NCBI GenBank assembly: GCA_963824245.1
Contig: CAWGON010000002.1
Coordinates: 1,436,887-1,500,886, forward strand
Direction: 5' to 3'
DNA from: an uncultured Thermoleophilia bacterium
Lineage (GTDB): Bacteria; Actinomycetota; Thermoleophilia; Solirubrobacterales; 70-9
Length of the DNA stretch: 64,000 nt
In this document: in pieces, positions 1 to 9,254 of the stretch
Position numbering within the stretch: position 1 is the stretch's first letter
Layout: each line of letters starts with the position of its first letter
Notes under the pieces: model-generated
What the model was told of the DNA's origin: nothing
What the model saw: only the letters and a program-made list of their open reading frames with translations
Databases searched by the model: none
Translations under genes and position numbers: made by a program

Positions 1-381
1 GGGACGCGGCGCCGGCACCACCGACCAGAGGCAACGCCCGGTAAGAACGGGTCCAAGCGGCAAGGGCAACGGCAAGGCCAGAGGCGATGGCACCGCGAGC
101 CTCGGCCGCGGCAAGGTCGGGCCCGGCCGGCGTGCGCGCCACCGTGCGCGGCACCAACGGATCAAGAAGGTCACGTTCACCGTCAACGGCAAGCGCGTCG
201 AGAAGCGGCTCCGCCTCCTCCGCGCCACGTGCCCGTCCCGGCGACCCCCGGCAGCCCACCTCGTCGTCGCCCACGTCACCTTCGACGACTCGACCACGCC
301 GAAGACGGTTGACGTTCCGCTTCCGCGTTCCCTACCCGGTGCTGCAGCCCGCCCAGCGGCCCCTCGCAGTTCACCGGATGA
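1..381 (+). CDS. 3' end of an upstream gene, partial (secreted or Ig-like hypothetical protein); frame ambiguous
   Basis: The peptide ...IKKVTFTVNGKRVEK...HVTFDDSTTPKTV..FRFRVPYPVLQP is readable across two frames. There is a possible ATGA overlap with the next gene at 378-381. Confidence 0.2.
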
Positions 382-1096
382 CCTCTCGCGTCGCCCTGCC
401 GCTGGCTCTGCTGGCGCGCGGCGGTCAGCCTCGCGACCGCGGCGCTTCCCGCCCCGGCTTCGCGCCGGGGCAGCGCCGCGCTCCGCAGGCGCTGGTCGTC
501 GTGCTCGGCGACCACGTCGCCCGGCGCCGCGCCGCAGCGCCACGGCCCGCCGGGTCGAAGCGGTCGCGGCGCGGCGGCCGCTGACCCGGGTGCGGACCGT
601 CCTGCCGGTGCTGGCGAGCGGCGGCCGGGACGACGCCTGGCTGCGGGTCCGGCTGCCGGGCCGGCCCAACGGCCACTCGGGCTGGATCGCGGCCAACGCC
701 ACCAGGCGCACCTCGACCGGCTGGCGGATCCGGGTCTCGCTCGGCCAGCGCCGGGTCATCGTCTACCGCGAGGGCCGGCGCGTCCGCGGCTTCCGCGGCC
801 ATCGATCGGCAAGCCCTCGACCCCGACCCCGCGCGGCAGCTTCTTCGTCGAGGAGGCGCTGGCTCTCTCCTCCCGCGAACCGGGCGCCCCGTATGCGCTC
901 GCGACCAGCGCCCGCTCCAACGTCCTCCAGGAATTCGAGGGTGGCCCGGGACAGATCGCCCTGCACGGGACCGGAAACATCCCGGGCGCGCTCGGGCAGC
1001 GCCGCCTCGCACGGCTGCGTCCGGCTCAGCGCGTCACGCGATCTCCTGGCTGGCGAGGCGGATCGGCGCCGGCGTCCCGCTCAGCATCGGCCGTTG
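378..1096 (+). CDS. L,D-transpeptidase (YkuD family); frame-interrupted as given
   Basis: Joining three frames gives MTSRVALPLALLA (signal-like), LRVRLPGRPNGHSGWI, GKPSTPTPRGSFFVEE, GQIALHGT and SHGCVRL (YkuD His/Cys motif). There are at least 3 frame breaks. Confidence 0.6.
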
Positions 1097-1100
1097 AGGC

Positions 1101-1106
1101 GATACT
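1101..1106 (+). promoter_or_regulatory. -10-like hexamer GATACT, 6 nt upstream of the corA GTG (possible leaderless start)
   Basis: The sequence reads GATACT-gagcgg-GTG(1113). It belongs to the recurrent hexamer-N6-8-start pattern in this window. Confidence 0.3.
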
Positions 1107-1112
1107 GAGCGG

Positions 1113-2083
1113 GTGATCGTCAACTGCGCCGTCTACGAGGCCGGGCAGCGCCGCGAAGGCGAGCTGCCGCTCGGCGAGGCGGGCAGGGCGGCGCGCGGCG
1201 CCGGCTCGTTCGTGTGGCTCGGGGTGGTCGAACCCTCGGCCGAGGAGTTCGAGGCGATCGCCGAGCGAGTTCGGCCTGCACGAGCTCGCGGTCGAGGACG
1301 CGGTCAAGGCCCATCAGCGGCCGAAGGCCGAGCTCTACGGGGACACGCTGCTGGTCGTCGTCAAGACCGCCCGCTACGTCGACACCGACGAGGTGATCGA
1401 GGTCGGTGAGCTGCTGCTGTTCGTCAACCCCGCCTTCGTCATCAGCGTCCGCCACGGGGCCGGCGAGCTGAGCGCCGTGCGCAAGCGGGTCGACCAGCGC
1501 CCCGACCTGCTGCGCCACGGGGCCGGCGTGGTCCTCTACGCGATCGTCGACCACGTCGTCGACGACTACGAGGAGGCCGCCCAGGGGTCGACGTCGACAT
1601 CCAGGAAGTCGAGCGTCAGGTCTTCTCGCCCGACGGCCACAACCCGGCCGAGCGCATCTACAAGCTGGAGCGCGAGGTGCTCGACTTCCACACCGCGGTG
1701 GCGCCGCTCTCGGAAGTCGTCGACCAGGTGGCGCGCGGGCACTACGAGGTGGTCGCCGGAGGGGCTGGCGGAGTACTTCCGCGACGTCCACGACCACCTG
1801 CGCCGGGTCGAGCGGCCGGATCCGCGGCTTCCGCGATCTGCTCGGCAGCGCCCTGCACGCGAACCTGACCCAGGTCTCGGTGCGCCAGAACGAAGACATG
1901 CGGAAGATCTCCGCCTGGGTCGCGATCCTCGCCGTCCCGACCTTGATCGCCGGCATCTACGGGATGAACTTCGACAACATGCCGGAGCTGCACTGGCACT
2001 TCGGCTACCCGATGGTGATCGCGCTGATCCTGGTCGTCTGCTCGCTGCTCTACCTGCGCTTCAAGCGCTCCGGCTGGCTGTAG
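1113..2083 (+). CDS. corA: Magnesium/cobalt transporter CorA; frame-interrupted as given
   Basis: N-terminus MIVNCAVYEAG..., then HELAVEDAVKAHQRPK and LLLFVNPAFVISVRHG. The C-terminus reads AILAVPTLIAGIYGMNFDNMPE (GMN motif) plus a second TM helix. The pieces lie in three frames. Confidence 0.8.
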
Positions 2084-2120
2084 GGCGTTCGCTCACCGGC
2101 CCGGCGCCGATCCGCCACGG

Positions 2121-2144
2121 GCGCCACGGGGCCGTGGCGGCGCC
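2121..2144. terminator. Short GC-rich imperfect hairpin between convergent corA and the 2147-2509 gene
   Basis: The arms are gcgccacgg / ccgtggcg(g)cgc. There is no U-tract. Confidence 0.25.
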
Positions 2145-2146
2145 GC

Positions 2147-2509
2147 TCAGCGCTGGTGCGTCGGCGCCGGCAGGTCGAGCCGGCGGCGCGCCGCGGCGAC
2201 CGCGGAGACGGAGGAGCGGCAGGCCTTGGCGATGATCCCGTCGCCGTGGTCGGGCCGGCGACTGACCTCGAACTCGATCAGCGCCGCCCGTCGCAGTTTC
2301 GCGCGGGCGTCGATCGTCGAATCCTCCGGAGCCGCGTCGAGCGCGGCCTGGGCGGCGCGCTCGCGGCGGCAGATCAGGCAGTAGGTGCCTTCGCTGGAGT
2401 TGTCCCAGGTATTGGGCAGCTCGACCTTCTCGCCGTTCATCTGGCTGATCGAGACGCCGCAGTGGTCGCAGGTCCACTTCTTGGCGGTGGTGCTGGTTGC
2501 AGTGCTCAT
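2147..2509 (-). CDS. Small zinc-ribbon protein with a possible C-terminal HTH; hypothetical
   Basis: Intact 120-aa ORF with CDHC...CLIC (CxxC...CxxC) and an IAKACRSSVSAVAAARRRL helix-like segment. Its start overlaps the helicase stop (ATGA at 2506-2509). Confidence 0.55.
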   Translation of the reverse strand: MSTATSTTAKKWTCDHCGVSISQMNGEKVELPNTWDNSSEGTYCLICRRERAAQAALDAAPEDSTIDARAKLRRAALIEFEVSRRPDHGDGIIAKACRSSVSAVAAARRRLDLPAPTHQR

Positions 2510-3747
2510 GCGGGTGCCTTCGTTCGGTTGCGATTGCGGTTGCGGTTGCGGCGCCGGCGTTTCTGGGCGGGCGCGCCTCCGGAGCTGTCCTCGCTGTTGC
2601 CGTTCATCTTCACGTTGGCGCCGGTCGACGCCGCGGTGCTGCCGCCGCGCCCCTGCTCGAACTCGCGCGAGAGGCCGAGGTCGCGGGCGATCCGGCGCAT
2701 ATCGGCTGTCTGGTCGGCGAGCACGAAGCTGATCCCGGTGCCGCGGCTGCCGGCCCGGCCGGTGCGGCCGATCCGGTGCACGTAGGCGTCCTGGTCGCCG
2801 GGGGCGTCGAAGTTGATCACGTGGGTGACCCCGGCGACGTCGATCCCGCGGGCGGCGACGTCGGTCGCGATCAGGGTGTCGACCTCGCCGCGCTCGAAGC
2901 GGGCCAGCGCCCGTTCGCGCTGGCTCTGGCTCTTGTCGCCGTGCATCGCCACCGACTCCAGCGACTGTTTGCGCAGTCGTTTGACCAGCCGGTCGGCGCC
3001 GCGCTTGGTGCGGACGAAGACCAGGGTGCGGCCGCGGTCGGCGTCGCGCAGGCTGCCGACCAGGAGGTCGAGCTTGGCGGCGGGGGACTCGACGTGGACG
3101 AAGCTGTGCTCGATGTCCGCCTTCTCGTCGACCGCCGGCTTCTGGGTGTGGCGGCGCGGGTTCCTGGTGTAGGCGGCGGCGAGCTCGCCGGTAGCGCCCT
3201 CCAGGGTGGCGGAGAAGAAGAGCGTCTGGCGGTCGTCGGGCGTCTGCTTGACGATCCGGCTGACGGCCGGCTTGAAGCCCATGTCCAGCATCCGGTCGGC
3301 CTCGTCGAGGACGAGGATCTCGACCTGGGCGAGGGAGAACACGCCGCGGGCGATCAGGTCCTCGAGCCGGCCCGGGGTGGCGACGACGATGTCGGCGCGG
3401 CGGGCGGCCTTGGTCTGGGGGCCGAAGCCGACGCCGCCGTAGACGGCGGCGATCTCGAGCCCGCGGGCTCGGCAGATCGAGGAGAGCTCGTCGACGATCT
3501 GGCTGGCCAGCTCGCGGGTCGGGGCGAGGACGAGGCCGCCGACGCCGGCGGCCGGCTCGATCAGGTCGACCATCGGGATCCCGAAGGCAAGCGTCTTGCC
3601 GGATCCGGTCGGGGACTGGACGAGCAGGTCATGACCGTCGAGGGCGTCGTCGACGACCATCTCCTGGACGGGGAAAGGTTGGGTGATGCCGCGCGACGCG
3701 AGCGCGTCTACGACAGACTCGGAGATGCCGAGATCGGCAAATGACAT
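2506..3747 (-). CDS. DEAD-box ATP-dependent RNA helicase with an Arg/Asn-rich C-terminal tail
   Basis: Motifs SPTGSGKT, DEAD, SAT and HRIGRTGRAG are present. The ATG at 3747 (MSFADLG) is preceded by AAGGAG. The tail reads ...KRRRRNRNRNRNRTKAPA. Confidence 0.9.
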   Translation of the reverse strand: MSFADLGISESVVDALASRGITQPFPVQEMVVDDALDGHDLLVQSPTGSGKTLAFGIPMVDLIEPAAGVGGLVLAPTRELASQIVDELSSICRARGLEIAAVYGGVGFGPQTKAARRADIVVATPGRLEDLIARGVFSLAQVEILVLDEADRMLDMGFKPAVSRIVKQTPDDRQTLFFSATLEGATGELAAAYTRNPRRHTQKPAVDEKADIEHSFVHVESPAAKLDLLVGSLRDADRGRTLVFVRTKRGADRLVKRLRKQSLESVAMHGDKSQSQRERALARFERGEVDTLIATDVAARGIDVAGVTHVINFDAPGDQDAYVHRIGRTGRAGSRGTGISFVLADQTADMRRIARDLGLSREFEQGRGGSTAASTGANVKMNGNSEDSSGGAPAQKRRRRNRNRNRNRTKAPA

Positions 3748-3918
3748 GAAAGTTCTGTGCTCCTTATGTGTGCAGCGAGTGGGGAGATCCAGCAGCCCCA
3801 AAACGCCTTCAGCGCACAGAGGAAACGGAACCTCTCGGGTGGCGTTGAGCCGAACCCGACCCACACAGAGTAGCAGCCCCCCGCTTTTGGCCTGCTAACC
3901 AGCCTCTTTTCGCTCGTT

Positions 3919-3956
3919 TCCGAGCTTGGGCTGTCCCTGGCGAGCCCAAGCTCGGA
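3919..3956. other. 14-bp-stem hairpin in the region between the helicase start and the TPR gene
   Basis: tccgagcttgggct - 10 nt - agcccaagctcgga, read directly from the sequence. Confidence 0.3.
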
Positions 3957-4375
3957 GGCGCGGAGCGGGGGATGCGGGCATGTCGGGTGCCTACACTTCT
4001 CCAATGCCTTCCGATGCGGTCGCCGTCCCCACCTACACGCTGTACAGGCGTGGGATCGAGCTGCTCGAAGACGGCGATTTCGAGCACGCGACCGAGCCCC
4101 TGGCCGAGGCGGCGCGGCGGGTGCCGGAGAAGGCCTCGGTGCGCGAGGCGCTCGGCCGCGCCTACTTTCGCTCCGGCCGCTTCGCCAAGGCCGCGGTCGA
4201 GTTCGAGGCGGTGGTCGAGGCCCACCACGTCAACGACTTCGCCCACTTCTGTCTCGGCCGCGCGCTCTCCCGCACCGGCCAGAAGTCCCGCGCCCGCCAC
4301 CACCTGGCGCTGGCCTCGAACCTGCGCCCGGACCGGCGCGACTACCGCTACTACCGCCGTCTGCTCGACGCCTAG
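3926..4375 (+). CDS. TPR-repeat protein (start uncertain; possibly ATG at 3980)
   Basis: Intact ORF with TPR-like helices: ALGRAYFRSGRFAKAAVEFEAVVE and HFCLGRALSRTGQKSRARHHLALA. Confidence 0.55.
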   Translation: MGCPWRAQARRRGAGDAGMSGAYTSPMPSDAVAVPTYTLYRRGIELLEDGDFEHATEPLAEAARRVPEKASVREALGRAYFRSGRFAKAAVEFEAVVEAHHVNDFAHFCLGRALSRTGQKSRARHHLALASNLRPDRRDYRYYRRLLDA

Positions 4376-4393
4376 CTAGCGCGGCGCCGGCCG

Positions 4394-4562
4394 CTAGGAG
4401 GGCTTGGCGAAACTCCCCGGCCGCACCCGGCGGCGGCGGACATAGCGCGGTGCGGCGTCCTCAGTCGGCCAAATAGCTCTGCTATTCGGCCTCCCTGCGT
4501 CCTTGCCCCGCTTGGTCCGGCGCTCGCCGGCCGCAACCGCGAGTTTCGCCAAGCCCTCCTAG
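4394..4562. repeat. 169-bp element bounded by perfect 22-bp inverted repeats, between convergent genes
   Basis: ctaggagggcttggcgaaactc (4394-4415) pairs with gagtttcgccaagccctcctag (4541-4562). There is an inner hairpin ggccaaatagc/gctattcggcc. The right arm contains the peptidase stop codon. Confidence 0.6.
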
Positions 4563-5614
4563 AGCCCGCGGACCAGCTTGCCGACGGTCTCTTCGCCGAA
4601 GTAGGGCCCGTAGGTGCGCTTCTTGTTGTCGAGGTGCAGGTAGGAGTTGACCCCGTTGATCTGGCTGCCGTCTCCGATCAGCCAGCCGCCGCCGCTGGCG
4701 CCCGGCGCCCAGCGGCAGCCGATCGCCAGGGTCGGCGGGCCGGAGAAGCGGTAGGTGAGCGGGTCGTCGCCGAGGTAGTCGGCCTGGCAGCCCTGCATCC
4801 GCTTGGTCTCGCCGGGATAGCCGAAGGTGAGGAACGTCTGGTCGCGCGGCAGCTCGGTGACGATCGTGGCGCCGCCGCCGACCGCGTCGGCGAGGTTGAC
4901 CCCTTCGGGGTTCGGCTTGACGAGGAAGGCGCCGAGGTCGAAGTCGGGGTTGCCGTGCTTGGTCCACTGCTTGGGGGCGAAGATCTTCTCGGAGCGGGCG
5001 ACGAAGGCGCCGAACGGGGCGAGGTCGCCGCTGTAGGCGGGGACGAACTCGAGGAAGTCCGACCAGACCGCGCGGTGCCCTTCTTCGGGGCCGCTGTTGA
5101 CGCAGTGGCCGGCGGTGAGGACGAGCTGGCGGGTGGGGGTGTTGATCGCGGTTCCCGAGCAGAAGCCTTGGAGCTTGCCGCGGCGGATGAAGATGCGGCC
5201 GTTGACCGAGTAGGGCGGGACTTCGGGGGTCGGCACGCGGGTGAAGCTGGCGGCCGCCTTGGCCGGGGCGGCGATGCCGACCCGCAGCCGCGTCTCGCCG
5301 CCGCTGTCGACGACCAGGTCGAGCGGGCGCGCCGCCGCCATCCGCTGCGGCGTCCAGTAGTCGAGGACCCGTTGCGCCGGCGCCGCGGAGGCGCTGGCGC
5401 CGTTGCCCGCGGGGCCCGGCGCGTGGGTCCGGAAGCCGGCGTCGGCGCTGAGCGGGAAGGCGAGCAGGGCAAGGGCAACCAGCGCGAGCAGGCTCGCGAT
5501 CGTTACCGAGGGGCCCCCTGCCGGGCGAACGGGATCCGCACCCATCGCCCCGGAGAATAGAGATCGGGGGGCGGCGGCCGACGCATGTCCGAGCCGGGTC
5601 GCCGGGCGGGTCAT
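4559..5614 (-). CDS. Secreted trypsin-like (S1 family) serine peptidase
   Basis: Signal-like VTIASLLALVALALLAFPLSADA. The catalytic context is LTAGHC, DFDLGAF and PGASGGGW. The ORF is intact. Confidence 0.75.
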   Translation of the reverse strand: MTRPATRLGHASAAAPRSLFSGAMGADPVRPAGGPSVTIASLLALVALALLAFPLSADAGFRTHAPGPAGNGASASAAPAQRVLDYWTPQRMAAARPLDLVVDSGGETRLRVGIAAPAKAAASFTRVPTPEVPPYSVNGRIFIRRGKLQGFCSGTAINTPTRQLVLTAGHCVNSGPEEGHRAVWSDFLEFVPAYSGDLAPFGAFVARSEKIFAPKQWTKHGNPDFDLGAFLVKPNPEGVNLADAVGGGATIVTELPRDQTFLTFGYPGETKRMQGCQADYLGDDPLTYRFSGPPTLAIGCRWAPGASGGGWLIGDGSQINGVNSYLHLDNKKRTYGPYFGEETVGKLVRGL

Positions 5615-6287
5615 CCGACGAGGGGGAAGACGCAGCGGAAGTTTCTGTTTTCGGTCGAGACGACGAAATCGATCTCTCCCTCCGCGGAAACGGTGACTAC
5701 CGAGTACGCATCGAGGCCCGCCACGTTCGTGAGATCTCCGCTCCACTCTCCTCCAACCGCCAGAACCACCCCGGGTTGCAGTGCGAACGCCGACAGTGCC
5801 AGCGCCTCGGGCAGTTCCCCGCCCGCCGCCGCGCACGCTTCCGCCGCCTCCGGCGCGGTCGCCGCGGCGCTTTCGCCGAGCTGCCAGCAGGCGCCGGCGA
5901 AGTCGCGGGTGCCCTCCCCGCAGCCGGCGCTGAAGCCGTTCAGGCGCTCGGCGTCGGCGGCGCGCTCGGCGCTGCAGCGCCGGCCCCGCCTCGCGGGCGC
6001 TGCCGGCGGTCTCGGCGTGGGCCGCGCTCGGGACCTGGCCGAGGGTCGCGGCGTTGACCTGGGTGCCGACGATCGCGCCCGGGGCCAGCCGGTCGGTCGG
6101 GACCGATCCCGGCCGCAGCCGGTTGCCGGGGACCGAGCCGGGAACCAGCCGGTTGCCGGGCAGCGAGCCGGTGCGGATCGAGTGGCCGTCGATCTTGGTC
6201 GCGGCCCAGACGCTGCCGCCGAGCGCGACGAACAGCGCCAGCGCAGGCGATCGGCAGTGCCGGCGAATGTCGGCGCAATCCCCTCAC
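5611..6287 (-). CDS. Secreted hypothetical protein with short GS(L/V)PGNRL-type repeats; frame-interrupted as given
   Basis: The GTG at 6287 has GGAGGGG upstream. Signal-like SPALALFVALGGSVWA is followed by GSLPGNRLVPGSVPGNRLRPGSVPTDRL. The stop overlaps the peptidase start (5611-5614). Confidence 0.35.
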
Positions 6288-6326
6288 AGTTCCCCTCCAC
6301 CGGCCAGCTTAACCAGGTCCCTCAAG

Positions 6327-6371
6327 CGCGGCAGACCTTTGTCCCGGAAACCGGGACAAAGGTCTGCCGCG
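6327..6371. repeat. 45-bp perfect palindrome (21-bp arms, 3-nt loop), copy 1 of 2
   Basis: cgcggcagacctttgtcccgg-aaa-ccgggacaaaggtctgccgcg. A near-identical copy lies at 49260-49304. Confidence 0.85.
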
Positions 6372-6382
6372 GGCCGTGGGGA

Positions 6383-6388
6383 TAGACT
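6383..6388 (+). promoter_or_regulatory. -10-like TAGACT upstream of the cobalamin riboswitch
   Basis: TAGACT lies exactly 11 nt downstream of the palindrome. The spacing is the same as at the trpS copy. Confidence 0.3.
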
Positions 6389-6389
6389 C

Positions 6390-6575
6390 GCCGGCGTAAA
6401 TACGGTCGGTGGTCAAGGGAAGTCCGGTGCGAAGTCCGGCGTGGTCCCGCCACTGTGACCGGGTCAAGGAAGTCGCAGGCGCCTCGCGCGCCGGCCACTG
6501 GGGAGGACACAGATCCCCCGGGAAGGTGCGGCCAACCAACCCCGGAAGCCAGGAGACCTGTCCCCGGCCAGCCAA
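6390..6575 (+). promoter_or_regulatory. Cobalamin (B12) riboswitch
   Basis: ggtcaagggaagtccggtgcgaagtccggcgtggtcccgccactgt matches the conserved core. GCCACTGGGGA...GGGAAGG is also present, and the B12 box gaagccaggagacctgtcc lies at 6545-6563. It sits directly upstream of the ATG at 6604. Confidence 0.85.
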
Positions 6576-6603
6576 TACAACCCTCGAGGAAAGGGTGGCT
6601 TAA

Positions 6604-7359
6604 ATGCCAAGAACCATTCCAGTAAGGCTGGCTGCCGCGTGCGCGCTGGTAGTTGCCATGTCCCTGACGATCGCCGCCGGTGCATTTGCGAAGAGCTCAG
6701 CCGACCTCCGCGTCGTCGGTTCCGGCGGCAAGATCCTCAGCGAAAAGACGCTCGCCACCGCGACCACCTCGGTCAAGACCAGCTCGAAGGCGACCTGCTT
6801 CGGCAAGGGCACCGGCGGCAGCGGCGACTCCGTCTCGATCAAGGGCAACACGGCGCTCGGCCTGCTGGCCCGGGCCTCGCTCTCGACCTCGGCGTTGGAG
6901 CCGCTGCTGATCAGCGACAGCTTCGACTTCGGCCTCGCGCTCTGCGGGGTCGGCGGCAGCGTCGCCAAGGGCGGCACTTCCTGGTACCTGAAGGTCAACC
7001 ACAAGGGCGCTCTCGGTGGGCGCCGACGAGGCGAAGATCAAGGCCGGCGACGAAGTTCTCTTCGCGCTGGCCGAATCGGACCCGAAGACGTTCGTCTACC
7101 CGGAAGAGCTGGCGCTGACCGCGCCGGCGAAGGCGACCGCGGGGATGGCGTTCACGGTCCCCGCCTACACCTACGACGAAAAAGGCAAGCGCAAGCCGGT
7201 GGCCGGCGTCGAGGTCAGCGGTGCCGGCGCGGTCACCGCCGCCAACGGCAGGACCACGGTGACGCTCCGAAGCCGGCACAGCTGCTGGCGACGAAGGGCG
7301 ACCTGATCCCCGCCCGGGCGGCTGGTCTGCATCGGTGGCAAGTGCCCCGCCGGTAGCTA
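6604..7359 (+). CDS. Secreted DUF4430 (transcobalamin beta-domain-like) protein with a C-terminal Ig/CarboxypepD_reg-like segment; frame-interrupted
   Basis: Signal-like LAAACALVVAMSLTIAAGAFA. The sequence ...GGTSWYLKVNHKGA/VGADEAKIKAGDEVLF matches the DUF4430 pattern. There is a frame break near 7010 and another near 7265. Confidence 0.6.
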
Positions 7360-8305
7360 GGGCCGTGCGCCGGAGCCGTGGCACGGCGGTCGCGACGGCG
7401 CTGCTTCTGGCAGCGCTCGCGGCCGCCGGCTGCGGCCTCGGCCCCGGCGCCGACGTCGGCTCGGTCGAGCTGACGGTGACGCGGGAATTCGGGAGCCAGC
7501 CGGTGCTCTCGAGCTCGGTCGAGGCGAACGAATCCGACACCGTGATGCGCGTGCTCGAAGGCGAGGCCGAGATCGAGACCCGCTACGGCGGCGGCTTCGT
7601 GAAGTCGATCGAGGGCACCGAGGAAGGCCGTCGCGGCGGCCGTCCCTACGACTGGTTCTTCTTCGTCAACGGGGTCGAGTCGCCGATCGGCGCCGCCGAT
7701 GTACGAGCTGCACGGCGGCGAGCGGATCTGGTGGGACTACCGCGACTGGGCGGCGACCAACCGGGTCCCGGCCGTGGTCGGCTCCTGGCCGGCGCCGTTC
7801 AGCGACGGCTACGAAGGCAGGCGCACCCGGTGGCGGTCGAATGCCTCGGTGGCGGCGGGGCCTGCGCGGAGGTGCGGGCGGCGCTCGACGGCGAAGGCGT
7901 GGCGCTCGCCGCGGGCGACCCCGAGGGCGCGATCCGCGTCCTGGTCGGGCCCTGGGCGCAGGTGCGCGAGGACCCGGCCGCGGCGCTGATCGAGGACGGT
8001 CCGGAAGAAAGCGGCGTCTACGCGGAATTCGAGCAGGGGAGCGGCGGCCAGGGCGTCGGCGGCGGCTTCGGCTGGTCGGGCTCGGCGTAGACGGCGAGCC
8101 GGCCCGCGAGCTCGGTCCCGACGCCGGCCTCGTCGCCGCCACCAGGCGCTACGAAGCGCCGCCGGTCTGGGTCGTCACCGGGGGGACGCCAGCGGCGGTG
8201 CAGGCCGCCGCCGAAGCTGCTCGACCGCGACAGCCTGCGCGACCATTACGCGGTGGCAAGCGAAGCAGGGAAGGAGACGCCGCTGCCGGTGCTCGGGTCC
8301 GATGA
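7335..8305 (+). CDS. DUF4430 lipoprotein; frame-interrupted
   Basis: Lipobox LAALAAAGCG. The sequence RYGGGFVKSIEGTEEG..RPYDWFFFVNGVESPIGAAD / YELHGGERIWWDYRDW is a typical DUF4430 core. There are several frame breaks. Confidence 0.6.
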
Positions 8306-9254
8306 GGTCGCCGTTCGCCTACATCCCGCGGCCGGGGCCGCTCCAGGCCGCTTCGCCGGGCGCCGCGGTCGCCTACCTCGGCGCGCTGGTCGTCGTCGCC
8401 TTCCTCTACTCGAGCCCGCTGGTGCTGGTCGCCGCCGGGCGCCGCGGTGACGATCGCCGGGCTGCTGGCGGGGGCGCGGACGGCGGTGCGGGCGGCGCTG
8501 CGGATGGGCCTCGGCCTGGCGCTGCTGATCGTCGTCGTCAACGCCCTGGTCGTCAGCCGCGGCGAGACGGTGCTGGCGCGGCTCGGCGACTGGCCGCTGT
8601 TCGGCCAGGTCGACGTCACCCTGGAGGCGATCGTCGCCGGCCTCTCGATCGGCCTGCGGGCGGCGGTGACGATGGTCGCCTTCGCCGTCTACTCGGCCTG
8701 CGTCGATCCCGACCGGGTGCTGCGGGCGCTGCGGCCGCTGGCCGGCCGCTCGGCGCTGACCGCGACCCTGGTCTCGCGGCTGGTCCCGGTCGCCGCCGCC
8801 GACGCCGCCCGCCTGCGCGACGCCGCCCGCCTGCGCGGCCCGGGTGCCGCCGAGGTCGGCAAGGCGGCGCTGGCCCGGCGCCTGCTCGCCGGCTCGCTCG
8901 ACCGCGCCGTCGACGTCGCCGCGACCCTGGAGCTGCGCGGCTACAGCCTCGAGCGCCCGCGCCGACGCGCGTTCCGTCTTTGGGCGCCCCAGCGCCCGAA
9001 ACGACGGAAGCGCTCGCGCTTCGACCAGCGCTTCTACCTCGCCGGGGTGGTCCTGGTGGCGGCGATCGTCGGCAAGGCGCTCGGCGCCGACGACTTCCAC
9101 ACCTACCCGCGGATCGAGCTCGGCCCAGGGACCGGCGGCGCTCGCGCTCTCGGCGCTGCTGGTCGCGAGCGGGCTGGTGCCGCTGCGTCGCCGCCCGCGG
9201 CGGTCGCCGGCGTCGTGTCGCCCTCGCCGGGCTCTGGAGGCGTCCCGTGTCTGA
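8302..9254 (+). CDS. ECF transporter transmembrane (T) component, EcfT/CbiQ-like; frame-interrupted
   Basis: Multi-TM protein: MRSPFAYIPRPGPLQ..., then ...LLIVVVNALVVSRGETV..., VTLEAIVAGLSIGLRA and RALRPLAGRSALTATLVSRLVP. The ATGA overlap at 8302 links it to the previous gene. Confidence 0.6.

Noticed and set aside
2526-2551. Short tandem repeats as a possible CRISPR or VNTR: GCGGTT units here, the GGC/GGT runs at 15241-15270 and the PT-coding repeat at 15469-15515
   Set aside because: They lie inside coding regions and encode low-complexity tails or linkers (RNRNRN, GGGGGG, PTPTPT). There are no spacer-repeat alternation and no cas genes.
2497-3744. 415-aa ORF on the plus strand opposite the DEAD-box helicase
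   Set aside because: It is a shadow ORF typical of GC-rich DNA. Its translation is low-complexity (G/A/D/V/L runs) with no motifs. The opposite strand carries a complete helicase with all signature motifs and an SD.
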